DNA from: Azolla caroliniana
Taxonomy: Eukaryota > Plantae > Polypodiophyta
DNA: 64,000 nt
Reading direction: 5' to 3'
Assembly (NCBI GenBank): GCA_043228905.1
Contig: JBHGNT010000007.1
Coordinates: 15,934,001-15,998,000 of the forward strand
Part shown: piece by piece, positions 23,744-36,611 of the stretch
Layout of the letters: each line of letters opens with the position of its first letter
Position numbering within the stretch: position 1 is the first letter of the stretch
Translations under genes and position numbers: made by a program
The notes under the pieces: model-generated
The model's input: only the letters and a program-made list of their open reading frames with translations
Database searches by the model: none
Told to the model about the DNA's origin: nothing

Positions 23744-26700
23744 TGTTAAGAATCAAGCTCAACTTGGTCTAGTGTGTGAACTCACCGTGATAGTGAATAG
23801 ACACTCCAACGGTCAAGAGTCACCATTGTATTGTAGCATTTAGTATGAGTCATAGAATCATATTCTATGACACATAACTTATGAGCTTTCACATTCCCCA
23901 TGCTTCATGAGTCTTGTAGTTAATGAAGAGAGAGGGTAACTATATAAAGCACCCTCCTCCCACCTCATATTGTGTTGAAGTCTTTCTCCTTTGTTAGTAT
24001 ATTGTGTCTTATTCCTTGTCTCTCTCACTCACTCTCTCTCTCTCATAAACACACATAACTCATATCTCTTCCGCTTCACAAAAATCCATCTCTTGATTCT
24101 TTACATGGTATCAAAGCGATTTGGTAGCTCGATCTAGCCCATTCGCCTCATCATGATAGTGTGTTGTGCTCCACGCCGACGACCAAGAACCGGCTCATCG
24201 CTATCGTAGCTTCGCTACATAGCTCGCATTCGAAGAGAGGAGAAGAAGTAGAAGAATCGACACAATGAATACTCAAATGGGGAGCGCTCCCCCTACCGAG
24301 AAGTTGTATCGAAACAACTTCGCATCTTGGGAGTACAAGATGCACCAATACCTTGTCGGACAAGGCTATTAGAGCTACATCAAAGGAGCGCATGAAGATC
24401 GACCCGCCGAAGCGGCTCCCGGATACGCGACATGGGAGCAAGCCGCAAGCCGCGTGATGTATTGCTTGGCGACATGTGTTCACGATCACATGCTCGGCTA
24501 CATTCGCGAAGCCAAGATGCCAAAGGAGGCATGGGAAAATCTACGAAAGATTTTCGCGGCGAACACAACCGCAAGAAGGCTTCAACTCCGCCAAGAGTTG
24601 AACAACATTCAACAAAGGGACATGTCCATCACGACATACACCTCGAAGATCAAGGAGCTTTGCGATTCGCTCGGCTCAATAAGCGTAAATATTGATGATG
24701 ATGATGAGATGGTTCAAATATGCCTCGGCGGCCTCGCACCATGGTTCGGCGCAATGCGAACCGCCGTTCTAGCACAGGAGAAATCTCCCTCCTTCTTTGA
24801 GCTCCGACCAATGCTATTGGTCAAAGAAAACCACGAGCGTACAAGGAGCAATGAGTCAGAAGGCCACATGCTCTACATGCGCTCAAACGGAGGAAGAGGA
24901 CGCGGACGGTCGAGAGGCTGATTCGGCCAAGGACAAGGCGGACGAGGTCCGACCTACGATAACAACTCCCAATTTTGGCCACAAAATGGAAGCCAACGAG
25001 GAACCTTTGCAAGAAGGGGGAGTTTCCACTCCGGCCTAAGCCGTCAAAACGCAACCGAATGCGGATATTGCGAAAAGCTCGGCCACTACGAAGAAGAGTG
25101 CCAAAAGAAGATGCGTGAATAGGCTTCCACAAGCTGACAACTCACGAATTACGCGCACAATTCCGACTACGAAGAATATAGCGGAATGTACGAGAACAAC
25201 TCCGACTATGAAGATCGTGGCGGAATGTATGCACGCAACTCCGACCGTGGCGGAATGTTCCTGATGAAACATAGAGCAAACTCTATCTCGTCCTCTACCT
25301 CAACTAGTGCCTCCTGTCCGGAAGACGTAGGTTCGTTGATTCTGGTGCCTCGAACCATATGACATCGCATCAAGAATGGTTCTGAGAACTTCGAGAGCCG
25401 GACCGACCCGGCTATGTCGAAACCGGAAACACTACGCACCTGATTCAGCACATCAGCAATGTTCCGTTCGGAAAAGAAGGTAAGCAAAATTACATTAAAA
25501 ATGTCTTGCATGTACCGACCATTAAGAAGAATTTGGTCTCCGTCAGCCAAATTGTAGAGCAAGGGATGCAAGTTTGATTTAATCAAGGCGGTTGCTTCAT
25601 CGAAAAAGAGGGCCGACTCATCGCACGCGGACGAAGAGAGGGTCGAATGTTCATTCTCGACTCACACGAGATGAAATTGGCCAAGTTCGCAAAGGGCATG
25701 AAAGCCGATTCCGACATAGAGTTATGGCACAAGCAGATTGACCATATAAATCTCCAAAAGCTCAAAGCAATGAAATCGAAAGGAGTCGTCATCGGACTCC
25801 CGACATTCAAAGAGAAGGAGATTGAAGGTGTATGCGAAGCGTGCCAATTCGGCAAGCAACACCGACACCCATTCCCGAAAGAGCGGAACGTGAGCAAAGG
25901 TCTACTCGACGTAGTCCATTCCGACGTATGGGGACCGGCACAGACGGGTACATTCGGCAGATGCCGATATTACGTGCTCTTCATCGATATATTCTCTAGG
26001 CACACTTGGATCTACCCGATGCGGCAAAAGAGCAAAGTGTTCGGACACTTCCAAACATTCAAGAATGAAGTCGAGAAAGCTACGGGCCGACATGTACGAT
26101 GTCTTCGATCGGATGGTGGCAAGGATTACTTCTTGGATGATTTCACGGCGTATCTCCGAAAGGAAGGAATTCGGCGAGAATTCACTTGCCGACACACTCC
26201 GCAACAAAACGGTGTAGCCGAGCGCAAAAATCAACACATCCTCGAAGTAGCGCAGGCCATGATGAACGAGAAGCATATGCCCAAGTCATATTGGGCCAAA
26301 GTTGCAAATACGGCCATCTACCTAATGAACCGGTGCACAATATCCGGCGTGCACGAGGTCACTCTGCACAAAAAATACTTCGGAAAGAAGTCGGACTTAT
26401 CGCACATCCGAATATTCGGCGCGATAGCGTACGTGCACATCCCCGACGAAAAATATCAAAAGCTTGATCCGAAGTCGGAGAAATGTATCCTCGTAGGATA
26501 CTCACTGGAGCAAAAGGGGTACAAGTGCTACAACCCCCAACTCGAAAATCTCGAGTAAGTCGATACGTCATGTTTGACGAGTCCGCATCCTGGTACGCAC
26601 CAGAGACAACTTCAACTCCGACTCTGACTCCGCCGAACAAGAGCTAGAGGATGAAGATCGCCTTACGCACATTTCGAAGAAAGTCCAATCACGACCCGAC

Positions 26701-29196
26701 TGAGCAAACCACAAGAGCCTTTGAGCGATCAAAGCACATCATGGCCTAGCCCGAAGATGGACAAAGGCAAGGTGAAAATGGCGGAATACGAAGACGATCA
26801 CTTCGACGACGATGAGTCGACACACTCACTTGACAGTGAGTTCGGCGGCTTCGATGTACCAATCGGACCTAAGAAAGCCTTCATCTCTGCAAATGAAAAG
26901 CTCCGCCGATCCACTTGTGAAAATAACCCCGTAACCCGATTCGGTTACAACGATTATATGGCGTACCATTACGCCTTTATGATGAATGTAGCAACAGTAC
27001 GGGAGCCAGAAACCTTTTCCGAAGCAGCCAAGGATCCGCGATGGATCGACGCAATGAATGAGGAGATGCAGGCACTACGCAAGAATGAGACGTGGGATCT
27101 CGTTCCCACCTCACCACACAAAAAGGCGATCGGATGCAGATGGATTTACAAAGTGACGTACAACGCCGACGGTTCCATCAACTACTACAAAGCGCGACTC
27201 GTAGCGAAAGGTTACGCCCAAACTCACAGAGTTGACTACGAGGAGACCTTTGCCCCAGTGGCAAAGATGACGATGGTACAAACTGTAATTGCACTTGTTG
27301 CGGCTAAAGGGTGGCACCTCCATCAAATGGACGTCAAGAATGCCTTTCTACAAGGCGAATTAGAATAAGAGGTGGACATGATACAACCACCCGGCTTCAA
27401 CTCGAGCACCCATCCGAAAGCTGTATGCTGACTCAAGAAGCCACTCTATGGCCTCAAGCAAGCACCGCATGCTTGGCATTCGAAGATAACGCAATATCTT
27501 CATCAAATCGGCTTCCGTATGTCAAAATCGGACAACTCCCTCTACATACGAAGCGATTCCGCAAGTCCAATCGTCCTAGTCATTGGAGGTGAGCATCTCG
27601 TCGAAATCAATAAGGTCAAATCCCTCCTTTCCGACAAATTCGAGATGACGAACATGAAGGAGCTCCACTACTTCCTCGGCATTGAGGTAATTCGGACTCA
27701 GGCCGAAATCATGATCTCTCAATGGCACTACATCCTCAACTTGTTATACAAGTTCGGAATGGCTAAGTGCAGATCCGCGACAACCCCGCTCAATCGCAAT
27801 CTCAAACTAGATGCGAACTCCGGCACCAAAGTGTGTGAGCCGACTCAGTATCGGCAACTCATCGGGAGTCTCATCTACCTCACGATCACACGACCCGATC
27901 TCAGTTATCCGGTCGGTCTCCTTAGCCAATTCATGCAAACACCGCGTGATACTCACTTGGATTGCGCTAAGCGAGTTCTACGATACGTGAGCGGCACAAT
28001 GGATTGCAGCATCCTCTACAAGACCGCGATGCCAATACGCCTCGAGGGGTACACAGACGCCGATTGGGCCGGCTACAAAGCCGATAGAAGATCAACCTCC
28101 GGATTTGTTTTCTCCCTCGGCAGCGGAGCAATATCTTGGAGTAGCAAGAAGCAGCCTACCGTCGTTCTTTCGAGTACGGAGGCGGAATACAGGGGCGCAG
28201 TCGTAGCTGCGTGTGAAGCCGTATGGCTCAAGAGGATTTTGAAGGATCTGGGCGTACCCATCAAGGATCCAACTTCCCTTTACTACGACAACATGAGCAG
28301 TATCTATCTGGGTCGGAACCCGATGTTCCACGCGCGAACAAAGCACATCGAAGTGCACTATCACTTCATCTGAAGGCGCGTTCTAGCTGGCGACATCGAC
28401 CTACAACACATTAGCACAAATCTTCAAATGGCCGACATCTTCACTAAAGCCTTAAGAGCCGACAAGCTATGGCAATTCATGACCGATCTCGGATTGACGA
28501 TCCCTGACCTACCAAGCTTGAGGAGGAGTATTGAAGACATTACACAATAACGCGTGGATTCCGCAAACCGCGCACACTATGCAAGAACGCGTGGATTACG
28601 CAACCACGCAACGAAGCCACGAAGAGCCAATCTACCGCGCAAAGCCGCGAAGAAAAACGCAAGCCGAAGCACAGACTTCGCAACTACGCACAACGCAAGC
28701 TGGAGCATGGATTCCGCAACTCCGCAAAAATGTGAGTCGACGCGGACTCCGGAACGCGAGTCGAAGCGGATTTCGGATACCGTGTGAAACCGACCCGACT
28801 TGAGCTTGAGGAGGCATGTTGAGAATTAAGCTCAACTTGGTCTAGTGTGTGAACTCACCATGACAGTGAATAGACACTCCAATGGTCAAGAGTCACCATT
28901 GTATTCTAGCATTTAGTATGAGTCATAGAATCATATTCTATGACACATAACTTATGAGCTTTCACATTCCCCATGCTTCATGAGTCTTGTATTTAATGAA
29001 GAGAGAGGGTGACTATATAAAGCACCCTCCTCCCACCTTGTATTGTGTTGAAGTCTTTCTCCTTTGTTAATATACTTAACCTTGCATATTCTCTGTGTCT
29101 TATTCCTTGTCTCTCTCACTCACTCTCTCTCTCTCATACACACACATAACTCATATCTCTTCCGCTTCACAAGAATCCATCTCTTGATTCTTTACA
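23744..29196 (+). mobile_element. Ty1/Copia LTR retrotransposon, full length
   Basis: LTRs 23744-24105 and 28817-29196. 5-bp TSD TACCC at 23739-23743 and 29197-29201. tRNA-iMet PBS TGGTATCAAAGC at 24106; PPT TTGAGGAGGCA before 28817. Confidence 0.96.
24265..28540 (+). pseudogene. Copia gag-pol with stops and frameshifts
   Basis: Gag (UBN2-like, CGYCEKLGH), protease (DSGASNHM), integrase (CEACQFGK, HSDVWGP, TPQQNGVAERKN), RT (KARLVAKG, QMDVKNAFL) and RNase H (YTDADWAG, SSTEAEY, HARTKHIEVHYHF), in INT-RT-RH order. Confidence 0.93.
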
Positions 29197-32100
29197 TACC
29201 CATATAGTATCTCCCAATTTAAAAATACGTTAAATATGTTTTTTAATATGTTAAATACTTATAAAATACGTATTTTACATATAGTACGTTAAATACTTCT
29301 AGAATTTGAAAATTATTTACCTTTCTAAAAAATATCTATAATATTGTAAAAAACATCTATGTTTACACAATTTTGTGATGTACAATATAGTTCTACATCC
29401 TAAAATGCATATAAGACATTTGAACATTTCACATCCTAAAATACTTGTAGTAATATGGATGTCGACATTCCCTTATTCTATAAATCAATGTAAGTGTGTA
29501 TCATGATGTTCTACTTCAAATTGTAATTATTTACAATTATGCCTTCATAGATTGAGGAATCGTCTACGATTATCACACTCATGATAGGTTTCTCTTTTCT
29601 TCGTTTTCTTCTTCTTCTTCTTCTATCTACTGCGATTATCACACTCAGGACAGGTTTATGTCTTCTTTTCTCTCTTCTTCTTCTTCTTCTTCATCTTCTT
29701 CATCGTCATCTCTTCTATTCTTCTCTCTTCCTTCCTTTAGCTTCTTTTTCACTAATTTTTTTTCTCTTTTGCTTTTTGTTAGGGTTTTACTTACATTTCC
29801 TTTATAAATACGTATTATACCTGTTTTTTTATAAATACGTTAAATACCGTATTGGACAAATGTACATGATATTTCACTAAACAACATTGAGGTATAGTAC
29901 ATACTATACAAATGATGAGGTACTATACGTATTTAAACGTTAAATACGGATACGTAAACAACCATGCGCCCACTACACTCCATGATGAGGCTTATGAAAC
30001 AAACCCGGAGTCAATATTAGAACTAAGCAGAGCACGGGCAGCGTTCAAGAGGGAAATGGAAATTTCACGGCGAGTCACCGCCTCAACCCTGAAAGAAGTA
30101 AACGTGGGTACGAAGTCAGAACCCCGTTTCCTCTCCATCGCAAAAGAATTAAGGCCGGACTAGAGAGACGCGATGATAGCACTACTCAAGAAGTATAAAG
30201 ATGTGTTCGCCTAGGCCCACGAAGACATGAAGGGGTTAGATCCGAAGTTCTATCAACATAAGATCAATTTAGCAACTAACGTGAAACCGGTCCAACAACG
30301 TCGATATCGCATTAACCCAAACTACACGGCCGCGTAAAAGAAGAAATTGACAAACTCCTCAAGGCGGGATTCATATGGCCAGTTAAACAAGCTACATGGT
30401 TAAGCCCGATCGTAGTCTTACCAAAGAAAAATGGCAAAATACGGGTATGCGTGGACTACCGAAAATTAAACGTCGTAACCATTACGGACACATTCCCTTT
30501 ACCCTTCACTGATAGCGTACTGGACGTCGTCGCGGGGCATGACATGTACAATTTTTTAGATGGCTTCAGTGGGTATAACCAAGTACACATGCACCCCGAT
30601 GACCAAGAGAAGACGGCGTTTGTCACGGACTGGGGAGTCTATGTTGCAGTCGTCATGATGTTTGGACTAAAGACGGCACCGGCGACATTTCAACAGACAA
30701 TCACGGAGTTTTTTAGATGATTTTGCGGTATATGGGAGAACAACCGACCATTTTACGCATCTGCAACTGTGCCTGAAACATTGCCGCACCACAAGCTTAA
30801 GCCTGAATCCCGCCAAATGTGCCTTCGGCGTTACCAGCGGGGCTGTCCTCAGCCATATAGTCAACAAGGAAGGGATAGTGGTTGATCCGAATAAAATCTC
30901 CGCCATTACCCAAGCGAAAACGCCGACAAACGCGAAATCATTCAGTCGTTTTTTAAGACAAATACGATGGCACAGTTGGATGATCCGCTATTCGGCGGAC
31001 TTCGCCACGCCGTTACACGCCGCCATTCATCGGACTCCCTTCCAATGGACAGCGACGAAAGAAAAGGCATATGATGCGCTAAAGGTAATGCTAATGCAGG
31101 CACCTGTCGTACAACCACCAATTTGGGCAAAACCATTCCATGTGTTCGTAGATGCTTCGGACATAGCAATAGGAAGTGCGCTAATGCAGCTCACGGAGCC
31201 AAATTGGTACCGGTCGGTGTACTACGCTAGTCGGAAATTATCAACGGCGGAGCGTAACTATTCCACAACGGAACGTGAGGCGTTGGGGATGATCTACAAC
31301 ATCAATAAGTTTCAGCATTATCTGCTACGGCGGAAATTCACGTTTCACGTGGATCATTCGGCACTGTTGTATTTGGTGGAGAAACAAGCGTTGACGGGGA
31401 AATTGGCGAGATGGATGCTGCTGCTTCAAGAATTCGACTTTGTAATTCAGCACCGCTCGTGTACGCAACACGTAGTGGCAGATTTTTTGAGCAGACTCGA
31501 TAATGGAGAAACGGTGCAGAGGGATGACGATGACTTTCCGGATGCAGACATTTTGCGGGTAGCAGCACTAGCAGAACGAACGGAAAAGACCTTCCCGGAC
31601 CGGTGGCTCATGGAAATGACCTACTTCCTGACCATGGGGTTACCACCACCCCAATTACGGACGAATGAGAAAAAACAATTGGCCGTTCGGAGTCGAAATT
31701 TCTGTTTAGTGGAAAATATACTATACCACAAGGGCAATGACGGCATCTGGAAGCGCAAAATACGGCAGGATGAGAAGGTTGCGGTTCTACGCGAAGCCCA
31801 TTGTGGTACGGCGGGAGGACATTACGCGGGTGATGTTATGGCCCAGAAATTTTGGCAAGCAGGACTGTGGTGGCCGACGACGCAAAAGGATGCGTATGAA
31901 TATTGCAGGCAATGCGATTTATGCCAACGACTGGGCCAGCCCACAGAAGTCACAAGAATGCCACATCAACTAGTGTTTCCACTAGATCCTTTCCAAAAGT
32001 GGGGGTTAGATTTTGTGGGACCTTTTACCCCAGCGGCCGCTGGAACAGGCAATAAGTACATCCTGGTGGCTACAGATTACTGCATGAAGTGGGTAGAAGC

Positions 32101-33263
32101 AAAACCACTACGCGAGAATACCGCGGCAGTCACGGCGAAATTCCTGTACGAACACATCTGGTGTCGTTTCGATTGCCCTATCAAGCTCATTAATGACCAA
32201 GGGAGTCACTTTCTGAATACGGTCATCAACGAACTGACCCAACATTACGCGGTGGTGCACAAGAAAAGTACATCGTATTACCCACAGGCAAATGGCTTGG
32301 CGAAATCCACGAACAAAACCCTCCAAATTATCGTCAAAAAGATAGTCAATGAGAACAGGACAGATTGGGACACCAAGTTGCATAGCGTGTTATCGGCATA
32401 CCATACCAGCTATAAGAACAGCATACAGTCAACACCGTTCAGGCTGGCATTTGGTTTGGAGGCCGTGATGCCAGTTGAATTCCAGGTACCCAGTCTACGG
32501 ATCCAAATACGAGCCCGGCTACCAGAGGGCAAATCCGCACAAATATGGCTACAAAGACTACTAGAGCTAGGAGAAACAAGGGTACGTAGTATGGTCATAT
32601 TAGAGCAGGAATGGTGGCGGCGCAAAGCATTCGTTGATCGACTCCGGCATGCGCGTGAAAAAGATTTTACGGTTGGAAAAGTGGTATTAGTTTTCCAAAC
32701 CTGCATGGGGCATATGCCAGGAAATTACGATTCCGCTAGACAGGCCCGTACTAGATAGTAGGAGCAGAACAAGGCACGTTTCAACTGGGCACGCTGGTCG
32801 GGGAAGTGTTACAATAGAAAGTGAATGGGTTTCGCCTTAAACCTTATCTGGGACCTACGCCACCTAACCCGTTCCCCGCCAAACAGGACAAAGCCGGAGA
32901 ATCCGCGGAGTAAGTAGACGGCCCCACTTGTATTATAGTGTAAAAATAGTCTTGTATGTACCCGTTACAAAGAAAAGAAAAAAAAAAAGAAAAAAGAGAA
33001 GATAGCGACGATCTTTGAAGGACTTAAGGCATGCACAGAATTCTAGACCAAGAACACGTGGCACCACGATGACTCACCGACCAATGAACCCTAGGCCACA
33101 AAAAGAAGGAAATAGAAGGTTTTCTGCACAATACAGAAATCAACCTTCGAACTCTAAGCACTCTCATCGCTCCCCTTCCTCACCTTCTTCTCCATCCTAT
33201 CACAAACCTCAAGCCCACCGCAACCAACAGTCTTCACCCCCTAGCCACGAGCCTATTCCGACT

Positions 33264-36045
33264 ATGCCGATATTCATCTCTACCGCCTTGCATCGATGGC
33301 TCGTAGAGAAACACTTGGATGGCTACATCAGGGTTGCGGAGGCACCTCCACACCCTGATGCATTGGACATCGCTAGAAAGCTCAACATCGACACGGTCAC
33401 CAACTCATCCATCCCGAAAAAGTTGGACCTGTCATCACTGGGTGAAAGGTATTTCGAAATCTCTCCTACGGAGTGCCTGCAGAGATATTTCAGGCCATAT
33501 TCGTCATCCGCCAAGGCATATAGAACGAAGGAGATCCCGGATCCCTTTTTCCGCGAAATCGCCAAGTTCCTATTGGAGGTCGGATGCGTACATGTAAACG
33601 CATATTGGATGCCCAAGTAGAAGGCAGGTATCATCATTGATACCTTTGAAGGGCGTACGGTCGATTGGGGGGTCATCACGGGGTCGGCGATAAGGGAAGG
33701 CATGCACGCGTATCAAGGAGGCAAAAAGCTCAAGCCTATCATACAACAGTACTTGACGGTACTATTCCCACCCCGAGGCCTGCCGACACCGCAGCCCAGC
33801 AAGCCCACGTCGTTGCCTCAATCTGTTAAGCGAAGGTTAGCGGAGTTAGTCACCACAGAGTGGGAGGATGAACCCCAACCCGCCCGGCCGAACACGCAAA
33901 CAACACAGGAAGAGCTGGCTACGCGCACCGAGGAAGCGGCAATGGAGCCGGAAGCCGAACCACGACAGGAAAGCCCAAGGCCGAAAAGGCGGAGACTGGA
34001 CAGAAAAGATGGGCGAGGGTTAATTAAAGACGCACTCGTGGCTACGGAGACAACGATCGTGGGAGACAGCTCCGTAGCTACGGAGCCCAACAACACCTTC
34101 GAAGTAATCTGGGAACCACGGCCGATCATTACGGCCCAGTCACTACGAGGGAAAGCCGTACTGACGGCAGAAAGCGAGGTCCTGACGTATCCAGACATTC
34201 CAGACACAACCCATGAGTTCGGCGCACTATTACAGTTCGGAACCTGTTTTGAACTCATGGAATTCTTGGCAACGCAACAGATAAAAGTCTCACAACGAAT
34301 GGCCAAGGAGCACGCGGAGCGCCAAATGATTGAGCGCGCATTAACACAAACGGTGGAAAGCGACGATGAGGATCAATTAGCCAGAGTCGGCAGGCAGAGG
34401 AACGCCGGTATACGCTGATGGGGATGGAACTACCCCCATTAAACGCGGCCCTTGTCGAAGTTCATAGGGAACTGGCGAAGGTCAATATGGGCACCAAGGA
34501 TATGGCGATTAAAAATAAAAATGTCTAGAAAAAGGTTAAACTGATCCAAGCCGAGCTACAAAAGGCCAATGAACGCATCACGGAATTGGAAAATAACGCG
34601 ACTACGGCGCAACAGGCAGCTCCACCAACAACCAACGCCCTCGAAGCCCTGAGGGAAGAGATTGAGGCTCAGACCACCATTACCTCAAAAGCAAAACGGG
34701 CCGTACAACTAGCGGAATCAGAGATGGACCGCCTCCGCGCTGAACTTCGTCAATCCTCGGACAAAGAAAAGGACATCCGGGCCAACGGCCGAAAGGCAGT
34801 GAAGACCCTTGAAGAGAAACTCACAACGGAGACAGCACAGCACACCCGGACAAAAGAAGAAAATGCCCAATTACGGGAGGAAGCGAAAAAAACAGAAGCA
34901 GCAATCGCGGGACTCTGGGCCTTATTAGAGAAGAAGAAAGCATGGTTCGACGAGCAGTTGGTGGGAGAATAGGAGAGAAGGCATCAGCTCGAAATCTGCC
35001 TGAACAATGAAATGGGAAAACTAGAAGAACTACATGCGAAGGAATCCCAACTTTGGGCAGGAATGAGGAGCACGTATGAGGAAGCAACGGCAGTTAATCA
35101 GCAAGAAATTGCAAACCTCAAGAAATTTGTCGAAGAAGCACGCAACCGTTACCAAGCCATAACAGACAACGTGCGTATCCTTCTGCAAACGAATCGGGAG
35201 AGGTTTATGTCGCAATTAAAAACAGCGCTAGACAAAGGATGGATTGTCCGAGTGACTCTTAGTTGTTGAGTTACTGAGTAGTTATTCGACCTACTTGATT
35301 AGGACTAAACTTCCTGATCTGTTTTTTAAATTCCTCACAAAAAAAAAGGATTTTGGGTCTGCGGGCAAGCAAACATTCCCCCGCATGCGTGGGCTGCACA
35401 AGTGGCAAAATTGCATACGTATCAAGCGGACTGGGAGAACCGGAGGAAAGACAGTCGAGGGTTCTATAAACTCAATGAGGAAAGCATTGTGGTAGTACAC
35501 GAGGACCTAGCACAGGACTATCGCATGCTAGCGGACCAACATTCCGAGGAACTCGTGCAGCTACTAGATGATTTTGGCAAAAGTCAGGAGGACCTGTTTC
35601 ACTAGATCACACAAGCCGGCAGCATGCGAACAAACAAGGAACCCATCGCGACACCAATTCCGGGATACTCCTGAACAAGAGGAACCTTAGGCCATGTCAC
35701 CAGAAATTACCATTACGGCTGACCGCACGGAGAACGTTCCGGACCAAGAGGAACCGCAACCCCACTCCCCAGAGTGTACAACGAACGGCCGACATCACGG
35801 AGGAAGTGACGGACGAAACAGAGCCGCGACCTACCGCAAGCCCGCGGACGGTTGAACCAAACCCCCTAGCCCAAGAAGAGCCCGCAAAACCCAGACCGCC
35901 CACACAGGGCGACCGCCACACCATGAGAAGCCCTCCCGACCAAGCAGGGAAACCACACAACGACACGCCTACGAGCCCTACGTTGTCCCCGGATACCGAC
36001 ACCGTAGTAGAACCAAACATAAGGGCCATTTTGGAGGAAGATTAA
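33264..36045 (+). pseudogene. Extra sense ORF(s) of G2 downstream of integrase: globular N-terminal part followed by a long coiled-coil-like region
   Basis: Successive plus-strand ORF fragments 33015-33620, 33702-34418, 34586-34972, 35012-35269, 35295-35605 and 35806-36045. The first two are in the same frame, separated by one TAG. The middle is rich in E/K/A/L heptad-like sequence. Confidence 0.65.
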
Positions 36046-36611
36046 AGGGATGGGTCCGACATGCCATGGCACTGTCCCACAAGCGTGCCAGGTGTTGTCC
36101 GCCAGAATAGTAACCGACCAACAAGAGCGCAGTAATATGGAATAGAATACTATTTTAACGCATGTAACGGTTCACGTAGGAAGTGTGAACGGCTAAAAGA
36201 CCCTACGTATATAAAGGACAGAAAACCTCTGATAGAGGTAGCGTGTAATTTGGAATGTAAAAGGCGTATCTTAATAGAGTTCTATCTTCTCTGATATCTG
36301 TGCGTATTTGTGGTTAATCTAATGTGTGTCTGTAATCCTTAAGAGCGTAGGTGTGAGTAAGGTGTGTGTGCTAGCCATCTGTCTAAGGAGCTCAGTTGTA
36401 GCCGTCTCCCTTATACGCTACTAGGTACGGGAGGTATCCCACTAAGTATTACGCATAGACGTTACCATTCGTTGTCACACGGTCACTTTGAGGTCTAGGT
36501 CGAAGGACTGACCATAAATCGTGTTCCTAATCGGTAACAAAGTGATCAAACGGGTACAAGCAAGATGAGCACGCAAGCTGAATGCATAAGATGAACGCAC
36601 AAGGGGACGAT

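Larger units (their letters stand above)
23682..29966. mobile_element. Non-autonomous hAT-type DNA transposon (about 0.83 kb without the nested Copia)
   Basis: Termini CAAGGTTGTT...AACAACCATG form an imperfect TIR. 8-bp TSD TGCCCACT (23674-23681) / CGCCCACT (29967-29974). AT-rich interior with repeated TACGT/AAATAC motifs and no transposase. Confidence 0.82.
21677..32880 (+). pseudogene. G2 gag-pol, degenerate and interrupted by the hAT/Copia insertion
   Basis: Gag with zinc knuckles (CTICFNSGH, CPICHSKAH), protease IDGGSSVN, RT (DYRKLN, LDGFSGYNQ, MMFGL), RNase H (VDASD, YSTTEREALG) and integrase (HCGTAGGH, CRQCDLC, KWGLDFVGP, YPQANG). Confidence 0.9.
6890..36539 (+). mobile_element. Ty3/Gypsy LTR retrotransposon G2 (non-chromovirus, with an extra 3' ORF)
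   Basis: 5' LTR 6890-7317 plus 21372-21388; 3' LTR 36093-36539 (TG...CA). 5-bp TSD AAGTG at 6885-6889 and 36540-36544. Domain order gag-PR-RT-RH-INT. Confidence 0.93.

Noticed and set aside
25150-25260. Triplicated unit of about 39 bp at the Copia gag end
   Set aside because: It is single-copy in the related element at about 62.8 kb, which fits ordinary local slippage.
29581-29880. Hydrophobic 99-aa ORF
   Set aside because: It is the translation of a (CTT)n-rich tract inside the hAT element.
35252-35302. Possible GT-AG intron in the G2 extra ORF
   Set aside because: Splicing it leads directly to a stop (CGA GAC TAA), so it is not supported.
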